Shown here piece after piece: positions 50,006 to 59,137 of a stretch of 60,925 bases of DNA. A program made the translations under genes and the position numbers. Position 1 is the stretch's first letter, and every line of letters begins with the position of its first letter. Below the pieces are notes generated by a model. The model did not search any database, was not told the DNA's origin, and worked only from the letters and a program-made list of their open reading frames with translations. This DNA comes from Patescibacteria group bacterium (GTDB taxonomy: Bacteria > Patescibacteriota > Microgenomatia > UBA12405): assembly GCA_018902845.1 (NCBI GenBank), contig JAHIPV010000012.1, positions 1-60,925 of the forward strand, written 5' to 3'.

Positions 50006-51670
50006 TTACACCGTTGATAAAGCCAAACTAGGTTGCTTTGTTATTTTTTTAATTTCTTCCCATCTCTGTCTTAATACCCCAATATAAGCCACATTTTGAA
50101 AGCTTTCTAAGATTTCTTTGATGTTTATATCTTTTATATTAGTGCAAGGATTAGGGAGCACGTTTGACTTTTTTGGTCGTTTTGCGAGTATAAAATAAGG
50201 TTTTTTCCAGTCCCATAGGAGTTTTCCGTCTTTCCATATAAGGTTCTCACAGAAAATACTTACCATCTCTCTCTTATTCTCTGGTAAAGCCATTCGTAAA
50301 CGTTTAGTAACGTGTTTAATATTATCTAGAAAGCCATACATTAACTCGTTCAGTTCGTGAGCCACATCTTCACACTTCACAACAGTCTTTCTCAGAGATG
50401 CCTCTTTTTGGTAACTATCTTCTTTTAAACGATCATATTCACTTTTTGTCAGATCATCTTCAGCAAATTTTCGCCCCAACTTATTTTGTAGTCTTTTTTC
50501 CGTCCTAATTTGTCCAGTAAGACCCATAACTTGTCTTTTGATATTGATTCTTTCTGGCTGGTTTAATTCAGCAACATATTCACGAGCCACCTTCCACGTT
50601 TTCTGATCAATTTCTAAAAATTCAAAAGCTTTCATAAGCTCATCCTCAAGTTTCTTCTCAGGTACATAAGCTCGTTTAACCCCTTTACAGGGAAGTTTTC
50701 TTTTTCCACACCGATAATAGGTAATACCTTTCTTGTGAGTACCAGAGAGCATTTCACCACAAAACTCACATTTAACAATCCCTGAATAAGCATAATCTAG
50801 ACGTGCCCTTTGCGGATGTTTACGTTCATTTATCACTTCTTGTACCTGGTAAAATAACCCTGAAGTAACTAAATCCTCGTATTTGCCCACAACCTTCTCT
50901 CCATCAGAATAAAAGATACTGGTATATTGGATATCACGCAACCGGTTACACCAAGTATTTTTTGCAATCTTTCCCGTAGTGCTCTTTTTACTCCTGGATC
51001 TTAATCCAATACTGTAAGCATAGTCAGTTATTTCATTAAAAGTGTACATACTTGACGCAAACTGTTCAAAAACTTGTTTGACTAATGGGCCTGTTTCAGG
51101 GTCTATAATCCATTTTTTTCTACCAACAGGGCCACGAGTCATATAGCCCAATATCGCCGGTCTAGCAGGATGTCCCATTATCCGAGCCTTAGTTTTCATA
51201 CCTTCCCTAGTTCTATAGCCAGTCTCATCACTTGATTTCTTAGACATAGCGAACTCAATTGCTACCATTAACTGGTCAGACGATGAGTCAGTGAATGTCT
51301 TTGTGGCAGTGTAGATGCGTTTAATAACCCCGCTTTGCATATACCACAAAAGTAAGCCCCCATCACCAAAATTACGGGCAAGGCGACTAATTTCTGTACA
51401 AACGATGCCATCTACTTCACCTTCGTGCTCTTCTAGATATTTAAGCATTTTATTAAAATCATCACGGACAAACGCTTCATATCCCGTCTTGTCATCTTCA
51501 AAAACAGGACAAACAAGTTCTAAATCGTGGTTCTTGATTGCCTCTTTAACAAAATTACGCTGGTATCGAATAGAATTAAGTTGTTTGTGCTCTTTTCCTC
51601 CTTTGTTGTCTTCCGATGATTTTCTTATATAGGCAACAACCTTGTTATATTTTTTTACATCATCCTTCAT
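50006..51670 (-). CDS. Large serine recombinase (integrase 3)
   Basis: YIRKSSE, SRLARN, CEFCG..YYRC..C zinc ribbon. Confidence 0.95.
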   Translation of the reverse strand: MKDDVKKYNKVVAYIRKSSEDNKGGKEHKQLNSIRYQRNFVKEAIKNHDLELVCPVFEDDKTGYEAFVRDDFNKMLKYLEEHEGEVDGIVCTEISRLARNFGDGGLLLWYMQSGVIKRIYTATKTFTDSSSDQLMVAIEFAMSKKSSDETGYRTREGMKTKARIMGHPARPAILGYMTRGPVGRKKWIIDPETGPLVKQVFEQFASSMYTFNEITDYAYSIGLRSRSKKSTTGKIAKNTWCNRLRDIQYTSIFYSDGEKVVGKYEDLVTSGLFYQVQEVINERKHPQRARLDYAYSGIVKCEFCGEMLSGTHKKGITYYRCGKRKLPCKGVKRAYVPEKKLEDELMKAFEFLEIDQKTWKVAREYVAELNQPERINIKRQVMGLTGQIRTEKRLQNKLGRKFAEDDLTKSEYDRLKEDSYQKEASLRKTVVKCEDVAHELNELMYGFLDNIKHVTKRLRMALPENKREMVSIFCENLIWKDGKLLWDWKKPYFILAKRPKKSNVLPNPCTNIKDINIKEILESFQNVAYIGVLRQRWEEIKKITKQPSLALSTV

Positions 51671-51993
51671 TTTTTAGCCTTTGTTACCGTCCTATTAAAT
51701 TTGAGAATGGTTTCTATTAGAGGATACCTTTTCTTTTTTCCGTCAAGTACTTTTACTAATTCTGTAAGATCAGTTTTAATGACCCGTTGCTTTATTGTTT
51801 TCTCTCCAATTTTCCTATCTTTGTATATAATCTCGGCCTGAGGTTCAGTGTAAATTTTTCTAACCACATTGACGAACCTTCTGATCCCGTTCATTAGAAC
51901 CAAGACTTCTTTTTCGCTTAATTTTGAATCACGTTTTTTTAGATAGGAAATAAGTTTTTTCTGTGCTTGCGTTGGCTTGTTTTGTTTTTTCAT
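51667..51993 (-). CDS. Small basic protein coupled to integrase 3 (candidate directionality factor)
   Basis: Its stop overlaps the integrase start (ATGA); function inferred from position. Confidence 0.6.
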   Translation of the reverse strand: MKKQNKPTQAQKKLISYLKKRDSKLSEKEVLVLMNGIRRFVNVVRKIYTEPQAEIIYKDRKIGEKTIKQRVIKTDLTELVKVLDGKKKRYPLIETILKFNRTVTKAKK

Positions 51994-52013
51994 TGAAAAT
52001 AAACAAGGGTGAT

Positions 52014-52376
52014 TTACCTGTCAAGAAATTCACTCAATTTACAATAAACAGCATCAAAACACTTTCTTTTAGGGAATTTTTTCTCTTCTTTTGCCGAATA
52101 CAGCAAACATTTAACGTAATAACCATCTTGAGTAATAACAAACCACAATCTACAACCTTCTGAAGGTGACATTTTTGGGTTAGAAGTCCCCACTCTCTGT
52201 TTGCAAATTTTAAAACCCTGGTTTGTAGCTATCTGACACGATAAGTTGCCTCCGTTTCTAGCTTGGTTTTGATGATAGTTAAAATACTTTTTCAAATCTT
52301 CCTTAAGAGACTTAAGTTTTTTTAACCTCTTAAGGTCAGATAAAATCAAATCATTTCCACAATCAATGAGATCCAT
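52014..52376 (-). CDS. Putative RelE/ParE-like toxin
   Basis: 'KICKQRVG..SEGCRLWFVI..LLYS'; overlaps the Panacea-like gene. Confidence 0.6.
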   Translation of the reverse strand: MDLIDCGNDLILSDLKRLKKLKSLKEDLKKYFNYHQNQARNGGNLSCQIATNQGFKICKQRVGTSNPKMSPSEGCRLWFVITQDGYYVKCLLYSAKEEKKFPKRKCFDAVYCKLSEFLDR

Positions 52377-52974
52377 TTTTCAAGTTATCGCCTTTCAATT
52401 TTTCATTGATTTTTTTCATCAGGCTATAAAACTTATCACTTGAAAAAAACTTTTTCGCTTCACTATCTTCTAAATCTAGGTCTTCTTCACTAGATTCACG
52501 GTACTGGACTAAACCATAATCAATAACACCACCCATTTCAGGAGTTGCTAAATAAGGAAAATCTTGATGAGAAATATGGCTTATCTCACGTGGAGTCAAA
52601 TCTTGATATGCTTCGTTCACTTGATTTATTACTAGTAATTCTGAATCTGAAAATTGTTCCTCTGGAGAAATGTCAGCATTGCTAATCGAAAAAGTTTTTT
52701 GAGAAGTTCCATAGTAGTTCTTACCCTCCAGAATACAAATCAAATTCTGATCTTTCAATTTCTTCAAAACAGAAGGAAGGCCATAAATCGTCGGGCCAAA
52801 ATGATTTTTACGATACTTTAATCCGGTAATGGATTTCTCGCACTGTGAATAAAACCCAAAATCACAAAAATACAAAAGCTTCTGTAATTTCGTTTCAGTA
52901 AGCTTTGAATTATTGTAGTTACGCAATATATACAGTACTAACGCTCCCAATTTGCTATCTATTTTTTGACTCAT
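52363..52974 (-). CDS. Panacea/SocA (DUF4065) antitoxin
   Basis: TKLQKLLYFCDF..SITGLKY..HFGP..ISHISH. Confidence 0.85.
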   Translation of the reverse strand: MSQKIDSKLGALVLYILRNYNNSKLTETKLQKLLYFCDFGFYSQCEKSITGLKYRKNHFGPTIYGLPSVLKKLKDQNLICILEGKNYYGTSQKTFSISNADISPEEQFSDSELLVINQVNEAYQDLTPREISHISHQDFPYLATPEMGGVIDYGLVQYRESSEEDLDLEDSEAKKFFSSDKFYSLMKKINEKLKGDNLKNGSH

Positions 52975-53152
52975 TTATCCACCCTAGTTAAAGTATACAA
53001 CAATCATCACACCAGAGGTCAAGAAACTCAAGACCTTTGGTTTTAGATATTTCTTACAGTTTGTGCAGGTTGACAATAAGGTGTTTTTTTTGAACCTAAT
53101 CTGATCCGCAAAATCCGCATAACTTTCTTCATAAGTACATAAACACCGTCTC

Positions 53153-53371
53153 TTAAAAAGGGAACAAGTCTCGAACTTTCACTTCCAATGTTCTTGCTAG
53201 CCGGTAAATTGTTTTCAGTGAAGGTTTCCGACTGCCTGCTTCGATAAACTGAATATACTTGGTGCTCAGTTTTGTTTTCTCAGCTAATTGATCTTGGGTT
53301 AATCCAGCCAATTTCCGATATTTCTTTATCTTTTTACCAAGTCGAATATCTTTTTCTGTAACCATACCCAT
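53153..53371 (-). CDS. XRE-family HTH regulator
   Basis: LGKKIKKYRKLAGLTQDQLAE..YIQFIEAG.RKPSL. Confidence 0.9.
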   Translation of the reverse strand: MGMVTEKDIRLGKKIKKYRKLAGLTQDQLAEKTKLSTKYIQFIEAGSRKPSLKTIYRLARTLEVKVRDLFPF

Positions 53372-53470
53372 AGGGTATGAATAATATGGTGTTTGTAGAA
53401 CCAACCGTGTGTATCTATTTAGCTACAAAAATGGCTTGTTTTTACACCAACTATTTGTTACCATCTCCTT

Positions 53471-54106
53471 ATGAAGAAATGGGAAAATAAGAAATGGGAA
53501 GAAATGACAAAAATTGAGAAGGCAATAGGTTTGTTTATTGTTTTCTCGATCATCTCCATTATCGTCTCCAAGGTTTTACCTTCAAAGACAGTAAATGTGG
53601 CAGAACTAGACACTACAGAAGTTTCTCCCAGTCCAACCGAAGTAGAAAAATCAGACGAGCAAGTGCTCGAAGAAAAACTAATTAACATTGTGAAAACCGA
53701 TGGAAGTAATATGAATTTTAGAAAACTAGACGCAGAAGAACCCAGTCTCGACAACCCAGAAGACAGCCAATTAACGAGAGTAAGTATTGATGTAAAAAGT
53801 TTTCTCAACAAAGACCACTTACTAAGAAGTACTGGTAAGTTATCATCATCTATTTTTCAGGCAATCTATGGTGCTGAGAATATAGAAACATACAATACTA
53901 CTATCTGGTATTACGGAGAAACAACCGATCGATATGGTAACACTAACAATAATGCTGTTTTAATCTACACCGTAAACAAAGATACCTATGAAAAAATAAA
54001 TTGGGATAACTTTAACCAGTATGACCTCTGTGATTTTCTTAAAAACGAGGAAATACTGACAGGTAAGAATAATACTAGATGTGACACACTGGTTAACATT
54101 GAATAG
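53471..54106 (+). CDS. Membrane-anchored extracytoplasmic protein
   Basis: N-terminal TM, SPSPT linker, 'DRYGN..KINWDNF'. Confidence 0.7.
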   Translation: MKKWENKKWEEMTKIEKAIGLFIVFSIISIIVSKVLPSKTVNVAELDTTEVSPSPTEVEKSDEQVLEEKLINIVKTDGSNMNFRKLDAEEPSLDNPEDSQLTRVSIDVKSFLNKDHLLRSTGKLSSSIFQAIYGAENIETYNTTIWYYGETTDRYGNTNNNAVLIYTVNKDTYEKINWDNFNQYDLCDFLKNEEILTGKNNTRCDTLVNIE

Positions 54107-54142
54107 ATATTTCAAAGATTAGGGTCAGAAAAACCGAACCAA

Positions 54143-54568
54143 TTATGGCATCGTTGGCACTCCGTTCATGACTTGTTGTAGTTCTTTAAAACCAACTATT
54201 TCACTAAAATTACTCTCTCTTTCTAAATCATCACACAATTTATTAAGTTCATCATCTGTAGGTCTCATCTTAAGCTCTTTTCTTATTGAAAACTCATTTC
54301 TAGCCTTTCTTTCTAAATACCACTGAGAAATTCTAATGTCACCTTTTTCTAGAGCATTAAATATTGTCTTCTTTGCTAATAAAATTGGATTAGTTTTATA
54401 CTCCTCTTTTTGCTCCGAAAATTCAGGATTCTTTTTCTGATAATCATACAGAGTTTGAGATCCAATATTGGCGTAAATACAGGCCTCTCGATCGCTAAGA
54501 CCCATTAAAAAAGCCCCTTTAAGTCTAGCCAGAGTTTCCGTAGTCATTACTGTTGGCCTTCCGATCAT
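54143..54568 (-). CDS. Terminase small subunit-like HTH protein
   Basis: GRPTVMT..EACIYANI..TLYDY..NPEF..WYLERK..EF. Confidence 0.65.
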   Translation of the reverse strand: MIGRPTVMTTETLARLKGAFLMGLSDREACIYANIGSQTLYDYQKKNPEFSEQKEEYKTNPILLAKKTIFNALEKGDIRISQWYLERKARNEFSIRKELKMRPTDDELNKLCDDLERESNFSEIVGFKELQQVMNGVPTMP

Positions 54569-54590
54569 AAATAATTATACCGAAACAGTG

Positions 54591-55796
54591 TTACCCTTTT
54601 ATCCACCCTGGCTTAATATCGATTGATTCTACAACCCCACTCCTTGTTTTAATAACTAGTTTTAGCGTGTCTCGATCTAAGTCTGGCATTTTCCTTGGAT
54701 ACCTTATCCCCTCGCTTTCTGTATCCGATACGTAAAATTGATAGTTACCCCTATCGTTCGCATCAACTTTTAGTTCCTGATCTAGTTTAAGTCCTTCAAA
54801 TAAAAAGTGACTGGTTTTCCAAATACCGTCTGTATCTTTAGCCTCGATCGCAATAGATGTTATAAAATCAGGTCGATTATTTTCGTAATTGTCTACTAAC
54901 AACACCGATGTAAAACTTGAACCATTATATGCGGCATAATTGTCCCAAAATATTTCATTGTTAACCAAACTAAACTGAATTTTTTGTTTTGTTTTTGTTT
55001 TTTGACCTTCGCTTTTAAATGCTTGATATTGCCGTAATTCTTTAACCGATCCTCCTTTTTCTGCACACTCCTGTAACAATCTGTTAAGGCAAATTGGTTC
55101 TGGTATGCAATCCATTTCTATTAGGTCATTACTAGTACCTATCTGTCGGTGCAAACCATCATCTGCTATATCTTTAAAGCTTAACAATTTTCTTAGATAA
55201 CTTTTGTCAGTTGTTCCCCAACGATGATTATTTACCACACCATTGAAATTAACCTGTCCCAATAGAGGAGGAATGTGATCTAGTATTGCTCTAATTAAAG
55301 CTGATGTGGTGTAGGGGTAGTTGTTTCTATAGCTTACATTAAGTTCGTTTAGTAATGATAACAATTTTTTATAGTTAAAAGGATCTTGTTTCTTCAAGAA
55401 TAAACCCACAACTTCTCCCTTAACATAGCCTCTTTTTTTACTATTAGCCACATCATTTTCTGGTGTGTTTACCTTTTTCCCACCGTGGTAAGCAACTGCT
55501 TTAATCAAATATTGTGGAGCCAATTTTAATAAATGAAAGGCTGTTGTCGAATTATATTCAGAATATACATTTTCAAAAACATCGATATTATTATGCCCAA
55601 ACATTGATACCGATGGAACTTGCCCGCCATTGGCTTTTACTATAAGAGTTTTCAATTCCTCGTACCTCTTTGCTAAATCTTCTCGATACTCACCAGCTTC
55701 TTTTGAATTAAAAAAGTCTCGGTTTGCAAAAAATTTCTCCTTGTAAGCTTTTGTTTTTTTAAGTAATTGTTTTAATCTGTCGATGTTGTTTCTCAC
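54591..55796 (-). CDS. Hypothetical multidomain protein, possible Abi/HEPN-like central domain
   Basis: ELN.SY..ALIRAILDHIPP..ADDGLH. Confidence 0.55.
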   Translation of the reverse strand: MRNNIDRLKQLLKKTKAYKEKFFANRDFFNSKEAGEYREDLAKRYEELKTLIVKANGGQVPSVSMFGHNNIDVFENVYSEYNSTTAFHLLKLAPQYLIKAVAYHGGKKVNTPENDVANSKKRGYVKGEVVGLFLKKQDPFNYKKLLSLLNELNVSYRNNYPYTTSALIRAILDHIPPLLGQVNFNGVVNNHRWGTTDKSYLRKLLSFKDIADDGLHRQIGTSNDLIEMDCIPEPICLNRLLQECAEKGGSVKELRQYQAFKSEGQKTKTKQKIQFSLVNNEIFWDNYAAYNGSSFTSVLLVDNYENNRPDFITSIAIEAKDTDGIWKTSHFLFEGLKLDQELKVDANDRGNYQFYVSDTESEGIRYPRKMPDLDRDTLKLVIKTRSGVVESIDIKPGWIKG

Positions 55797-56077
55797 AATG
55801 TCTCAATTATATCTCACAATTAGATTCGTAAATTCGATCAACAAAATGAGTACCTGTACAATCTTGCTACTATATTTGGGCAAAATTCTGTGGCGAAGGA
55901 CGATTTTCAAAGCAACTAACTAAAACAGAAATGTCATATTCAGTAGCTGGAATAGGTGTAAGTAACTGTTTAACAAAATAAGTTCTCACAGCTTTCAGCC
56001 ATCGGAGCCAGCCATTCTTATCTACAACTTTTGTGTATCCCGCCGTGGAAGCCAGAACCTTTGGTAAAATCAGATCA

Positions 56078-56656
56078 ATGAAAAACAAAACAAAAATTCT
56101 GTTTACCACTCCGATTAAGGATGTCATTGCGAATTATAAAACTGGCGAAAAGTGTGTCCTAGTTTCAAATGAAGCCACTAACAAATTTACAAAGGCCGAT
56201 CTAATAAAAATAATTAAAATATGTAATCAACCTCCAGTCTATAATTTTTTATTTAAATATAGACTTAAAAGTAAACCATATGAACTTAATGATGCTAAAG
56301 AATTTACTAAATGGATTGTTGAAGGATGGAATAAACAAAAGTGGTTTGTCTTCTTAATTCGTAACAGTCAAGATAAAATTATTGGAGCAATTGACATAAA
56401 ATCAGACAATCTGGATTTGGCAGAAATTGGCTATTGGGCAGATGGTAATAGTTTAGGGATTATGACAAACGCCACCCAAAGATTAATTGAACTAGCAAAA
56501 AAAGCTGGTTATAAAAAACTGTACGCCACCACAATGCCAAATAACGATCGTTCTCAAAGTGTGTTAACAAGAAACGGTTTTATTCGTGACGGAGAGATGG
56601 AAAAATCAAGCGGTATGCGTTTTAAATTCACCAAGAATTTATCACCACAATCCTAA
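56078..56656 (+). CDS. RimJ/RimL-family GNAT acetyltransferase
   Basis: IIGAI, AEIGYW..GIMT, N.RSQSVLTRNGF. Confidence 0.85.
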   Translation: MKNKTKILFTTPIKDVIANYKTGEKCVLVSNEATNKFTKADLIKIIKICNQPPVYNFLFKYRLKSKPYELNDAKEFTKWIVEGWNKQKWFVFLIRNSQDKIIGAIDIKSDNLDLAEIGYWADGNSLGIMTNATQRLIELAKKAGYKKLYATTMPNNDRSQSVLTRNGFIRDGEMEKSSGMRFKFTKNLSPQS

Positions 56657-56742
56657 TTTCCTCCAAGGCGGGGAGCACAAAAAATCAAAAATCGCGCACA
56701 AAAAATAACTGATATAAAGGCTTTATCGTACCATATCAGTTT

Positions 56743-57711
56743 TTAACATCTTTTCATATTACCAAATATTGTTGCCAATTCCTGATAAGTCTCTGGACTG
56801 GCAATTTCCACTTGGCCAAGCATCATTAAAGCATCTTCGCGATCAATAACACCAAATCTGGCACGTTCCGCTAAATATTCAAGAATAATAGGATATCTTT
56901 CAATCACAGCCTCAGGATCCTGACTGGCTTGATGATCAAACGCATCAGCAAAAAATACACCCGGAACAAGACAGTCTGTGTCGTAACCTCCACAATTAGG
57001 GTCTATCCAGGGAACCTCATTCTCTAGTATAAAATTTTTGTTACCTCGTTTTGTTAAAGCAAAGGCATATCCACCACGAAAAATTATTATCCCACTAGGC
57101 TTTTCCCAATATAAAGAATATCTGCCATCAGAATTACGCTTAGGAGTGTCACCACCTGTTACTAACACCGTTACTCCTTCGTCTCTCATAATCTCCTTAT
57201 ATTTAGCGTCCATTATTGAGTTGCAAATCTTCCCGCAAGGCAGAGTTCCTTCCTGTCGACATTTTGCATAAACTTCCAAAGTCGACACAGGTTCCCCCGT
57301 AACACCCAGTACAGTGGAACTAGTCTGCAATTGATCTGCAATATCGATTAGCCTATGATTTTGCTCTAAATGTAAAAAAGATACAACACTTCTTATATTT
57401 TCAGCAGTTACTCTCCCTTTCACTCCAGTTTCGATTGTAAAAAGCTTCAAGTCAATTCCTCTCCTTCGACATTCATCGGCCAGCCTTACCAATACTACAG
57501 TACTATCCAACCCGCCTGAATAAGCATAAACAATTTTTGAGTTATTTGATAAAAAATCCTCCAACTCTTGATCAAATATCTCGCGGTTAGGCATTTCTCT
57601 CAATGCCTGTTCACAGGTTCCACATCTTGGTTGTATATCCGTAACCCCAGTTGGTTTTTCTAAACTAACAGGGTTGATACATATTTGACAATATACACGT
57701 TCATTAAACAT
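56743..57711 (-). CDS. PP-loop ATP pyrophosphatase (QueC/amidotransferase-like) with N-terminal Cys pairs
   Basis: CQIC..CGTC, YAYSGGLDS PP-loop, PCGKIC, DTDC. Confidence 0.75.
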   Translation of the reverse strand: MFNERVYCQICINPVSLEKPTGVTDIQPRCGTCEQALREMPNREIFDQELEDFLSNNSKIVYAYSGGLDSTVVLVRLADECRRRGIDLKLFTIETGVKGRVTAENIRSVVSFLHLEQNHRLIDIADQLQTSSTVLGVTGEPVSTLEVYAKCRQEGTLPCGKICNSIMDAKYKEIMRDEGVTVLVTGGDTPKRNSDGRYSLYWEKPSGIIIFRGGYAFALTKRGNKNFILENEVPWIDPNCGGYDTDCLVPGVFFADAFDHQASQDPEAVIERYPIILEYLAERARFGVIDREDALMMLGQVEIASPETYQELATIFGNMKRC

Positions 57712-57813
57712 CCAATAATACTCCCTATGTATTCTCTAAACTTTAAAATGATGATATCAAAAAATATCACGACCAATTAATAAAATCAATATGTGTGTGA
57801 CCCGTACAAATCA

Positions 57814-57842
57814 TTGACTTATTTCATACAAAGATCTACAAT
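57814..57842 (+). promoter_or_regulatory. Sigma70 promoter for the precursor/rSAM operon
   Basis: TTGACT(57814)-17 bp-TACAAT(57837), ending 10 nt before ATG 57853. Confidence 0.65.
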
Positions 57843-57852
57843 TTTTTTAATT

Positions 57853-58014
57853 ATGAATACACAAAAAGAAAATCCATCTGTCACTACTAGAGTAGCAACA
57901 GAAGCTACAAGGCCAGTTGTCGAAAGTAAAAAGCCTTCAGGATCACACAACCCGACTTGGAGAATGGTTGCCGAGGATGCATTTCGCGCCGGATGTTTGA
58001 TTAATGCAGATTAA
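57853..58014 (+). CDS. Candidate RiPP precursor peptide (53 aa)
   Basis: MNTQKENPSVTTRVATEATRPVVESKKPSGSHNPTWRMVAEDAFRAGCLINAD, directly upstream of two rSAM/SPASM genes and with its own promoter. Confidence 0.65.
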   Translation: MNTQKENPSVTTRVATEATRPVVESKKPSGSHNPTWRMVAEDAFRAGCLINAD

Positions 58015-58072
58015 ATCAACTTTCTAAATAGTTCTGTATTACATTTAGCCCATCCAGAATTTTTGGTACGAT

Positions 58073-59137
58073 ATGACATTTTTAGAAGATAATAAGCTTA
58101 TTTTTGAAAGGCCAGTTAAGGTTCAATTAGACATAACTAATAAATGTAATTTAAATTGCCTGTATTGCTATAACAAATCAAACTATTTTTCGTCAAAAGA
58201 CGACTTAGCTGACAAAGATTTATTCTTAATTGCCAAAAAGATAATAAAAGAACTCAAACCAATTGTATTATCACTGTCAGGTGGAGAACCGCTTCTAAAG
58301 AAAGAACTCACATATAAGATCTTAACGTATGCATCCAAAAAAAATACTGAAATATGGCTCACATCGAATTTACTTTTATTAGACAAAAATACCGCAAAAA
58401 AATTAAAAAAACTAGGATTAAAAAAAATATTTACAAACATTGACAACGTAAACCCCAAAATTCATGATCGACTTAGAGGAAAAAAGGGAGCATTCAATAC
58501 GGCAATTAAGAATCTTAAGCAGGCTAAAAAAATATTTGACCATGACAATATAACCATTACCTCAGTTATTACTAAACACAACTACAAAGACATTGACTTG
58601 ACTATCGACTTTCTCCACAAACACGGCCTTAGTAAACTGAAATTACTAGATATGATTCCAATTAATAATCAATCAATGAAAGATGTTTTAAACCAAAAAC
58701 AATGGCAAGAGTTTTATAAAATTTATAAAAAATCCAATATTAAAGCAAAAACATCTGGCATAACTATCACTCCCTGTCATGCATTATTATTTATGGGACA
58801 AAAATATCTAAAGATGAAATTACCCTTCTGTATGGCAGGCAGGCTTAATTTAGTTATCTTGGCTACCGGTGAGATATTGCCATGTAATCATTTAAAGTTT
58901 AAAGAATTCGGTTGCGGAAATGCTTTAAATGATTCATTATTGGAGGTTTGGCAACAATCTCCCATCCTTAATCGTTTTCGATATGACTTAGACAGCTATC
59001 ATGCTTGTACAAATTGTCCCAGATATACCAAATGTGCTGGTGGCTGTAAAGCAATGTCATACGCATTCTTTCAGAACGCATTTCAAAAAGATCCTTACTG
59101 TAGTACATACAAACTTAATCAACATAAATATGAGTAA
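58073..59137 (+). CDS. Radical SAM/SPASM domain enzyme 1
   Basis: CNLNCLYC, SGGEP; SPASM CMAG..GEILPC..CTNC..CAGGC..DPYC. Confidence 0.93.
   Translation: MTFLEDNKLIFERPVKVQLDITNKCNLNCLYCYNKSNYFSSKDDLADKDLFLIAKKIIKELKPIVLSLSGGEPLLKKELTYKILTYASKKNTEIWLTSNLLLLDKNTAKKLKKLGLKKIFTNIDNVNPKIHDRLRGKKGAFNTAIKNLKQAKKIFDHDNITITSVITKHNYKDIDLTIDFLHKHGLSKLKLLDMIPINNQSMKDVLNQKQWQEFYKIYKKSNIKAKTSGITITPCHALLFMGQKYLKMKLPFCMAGRLNLVILATGEILPCNHLKFKEFGCGNALNDSLLEVWQQSPILNRFRYDLDSYHACTNCPRYTKCAGGCKAMSYAFFQNAFQKDPYCSTYKLNQHKYE

Larger units (their letters stand above)
11974..56676. mobile_element. Tandem array of four integrative units at tRNA-Asn (about 11974-26877, 26873-35871, 35867-50159, 50155-56676)
   Basis: GGAGC cores at 11974, 26873, 35867, 50155 and 56672. 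Three coincide with the same Leu codon near the recombinase 3' ends, and the flanks share TATATTA/TAATATAAC motifs. Confidence 0.8.

Noticed and set aside
56078-56656. RimL-like GNAT as part of the RiPP cluster
   Set aside because: It lies on the island side of the 56672 junction, so it is more likely cargo of unit 4; a functional link cannot be excluded.
59001-59129. N-terminal extension of the second radical SAM ORF
   Set aside because: It overlaps the SPASM domain of enzyme 1; ATG 59130 gives a typical coupled start.
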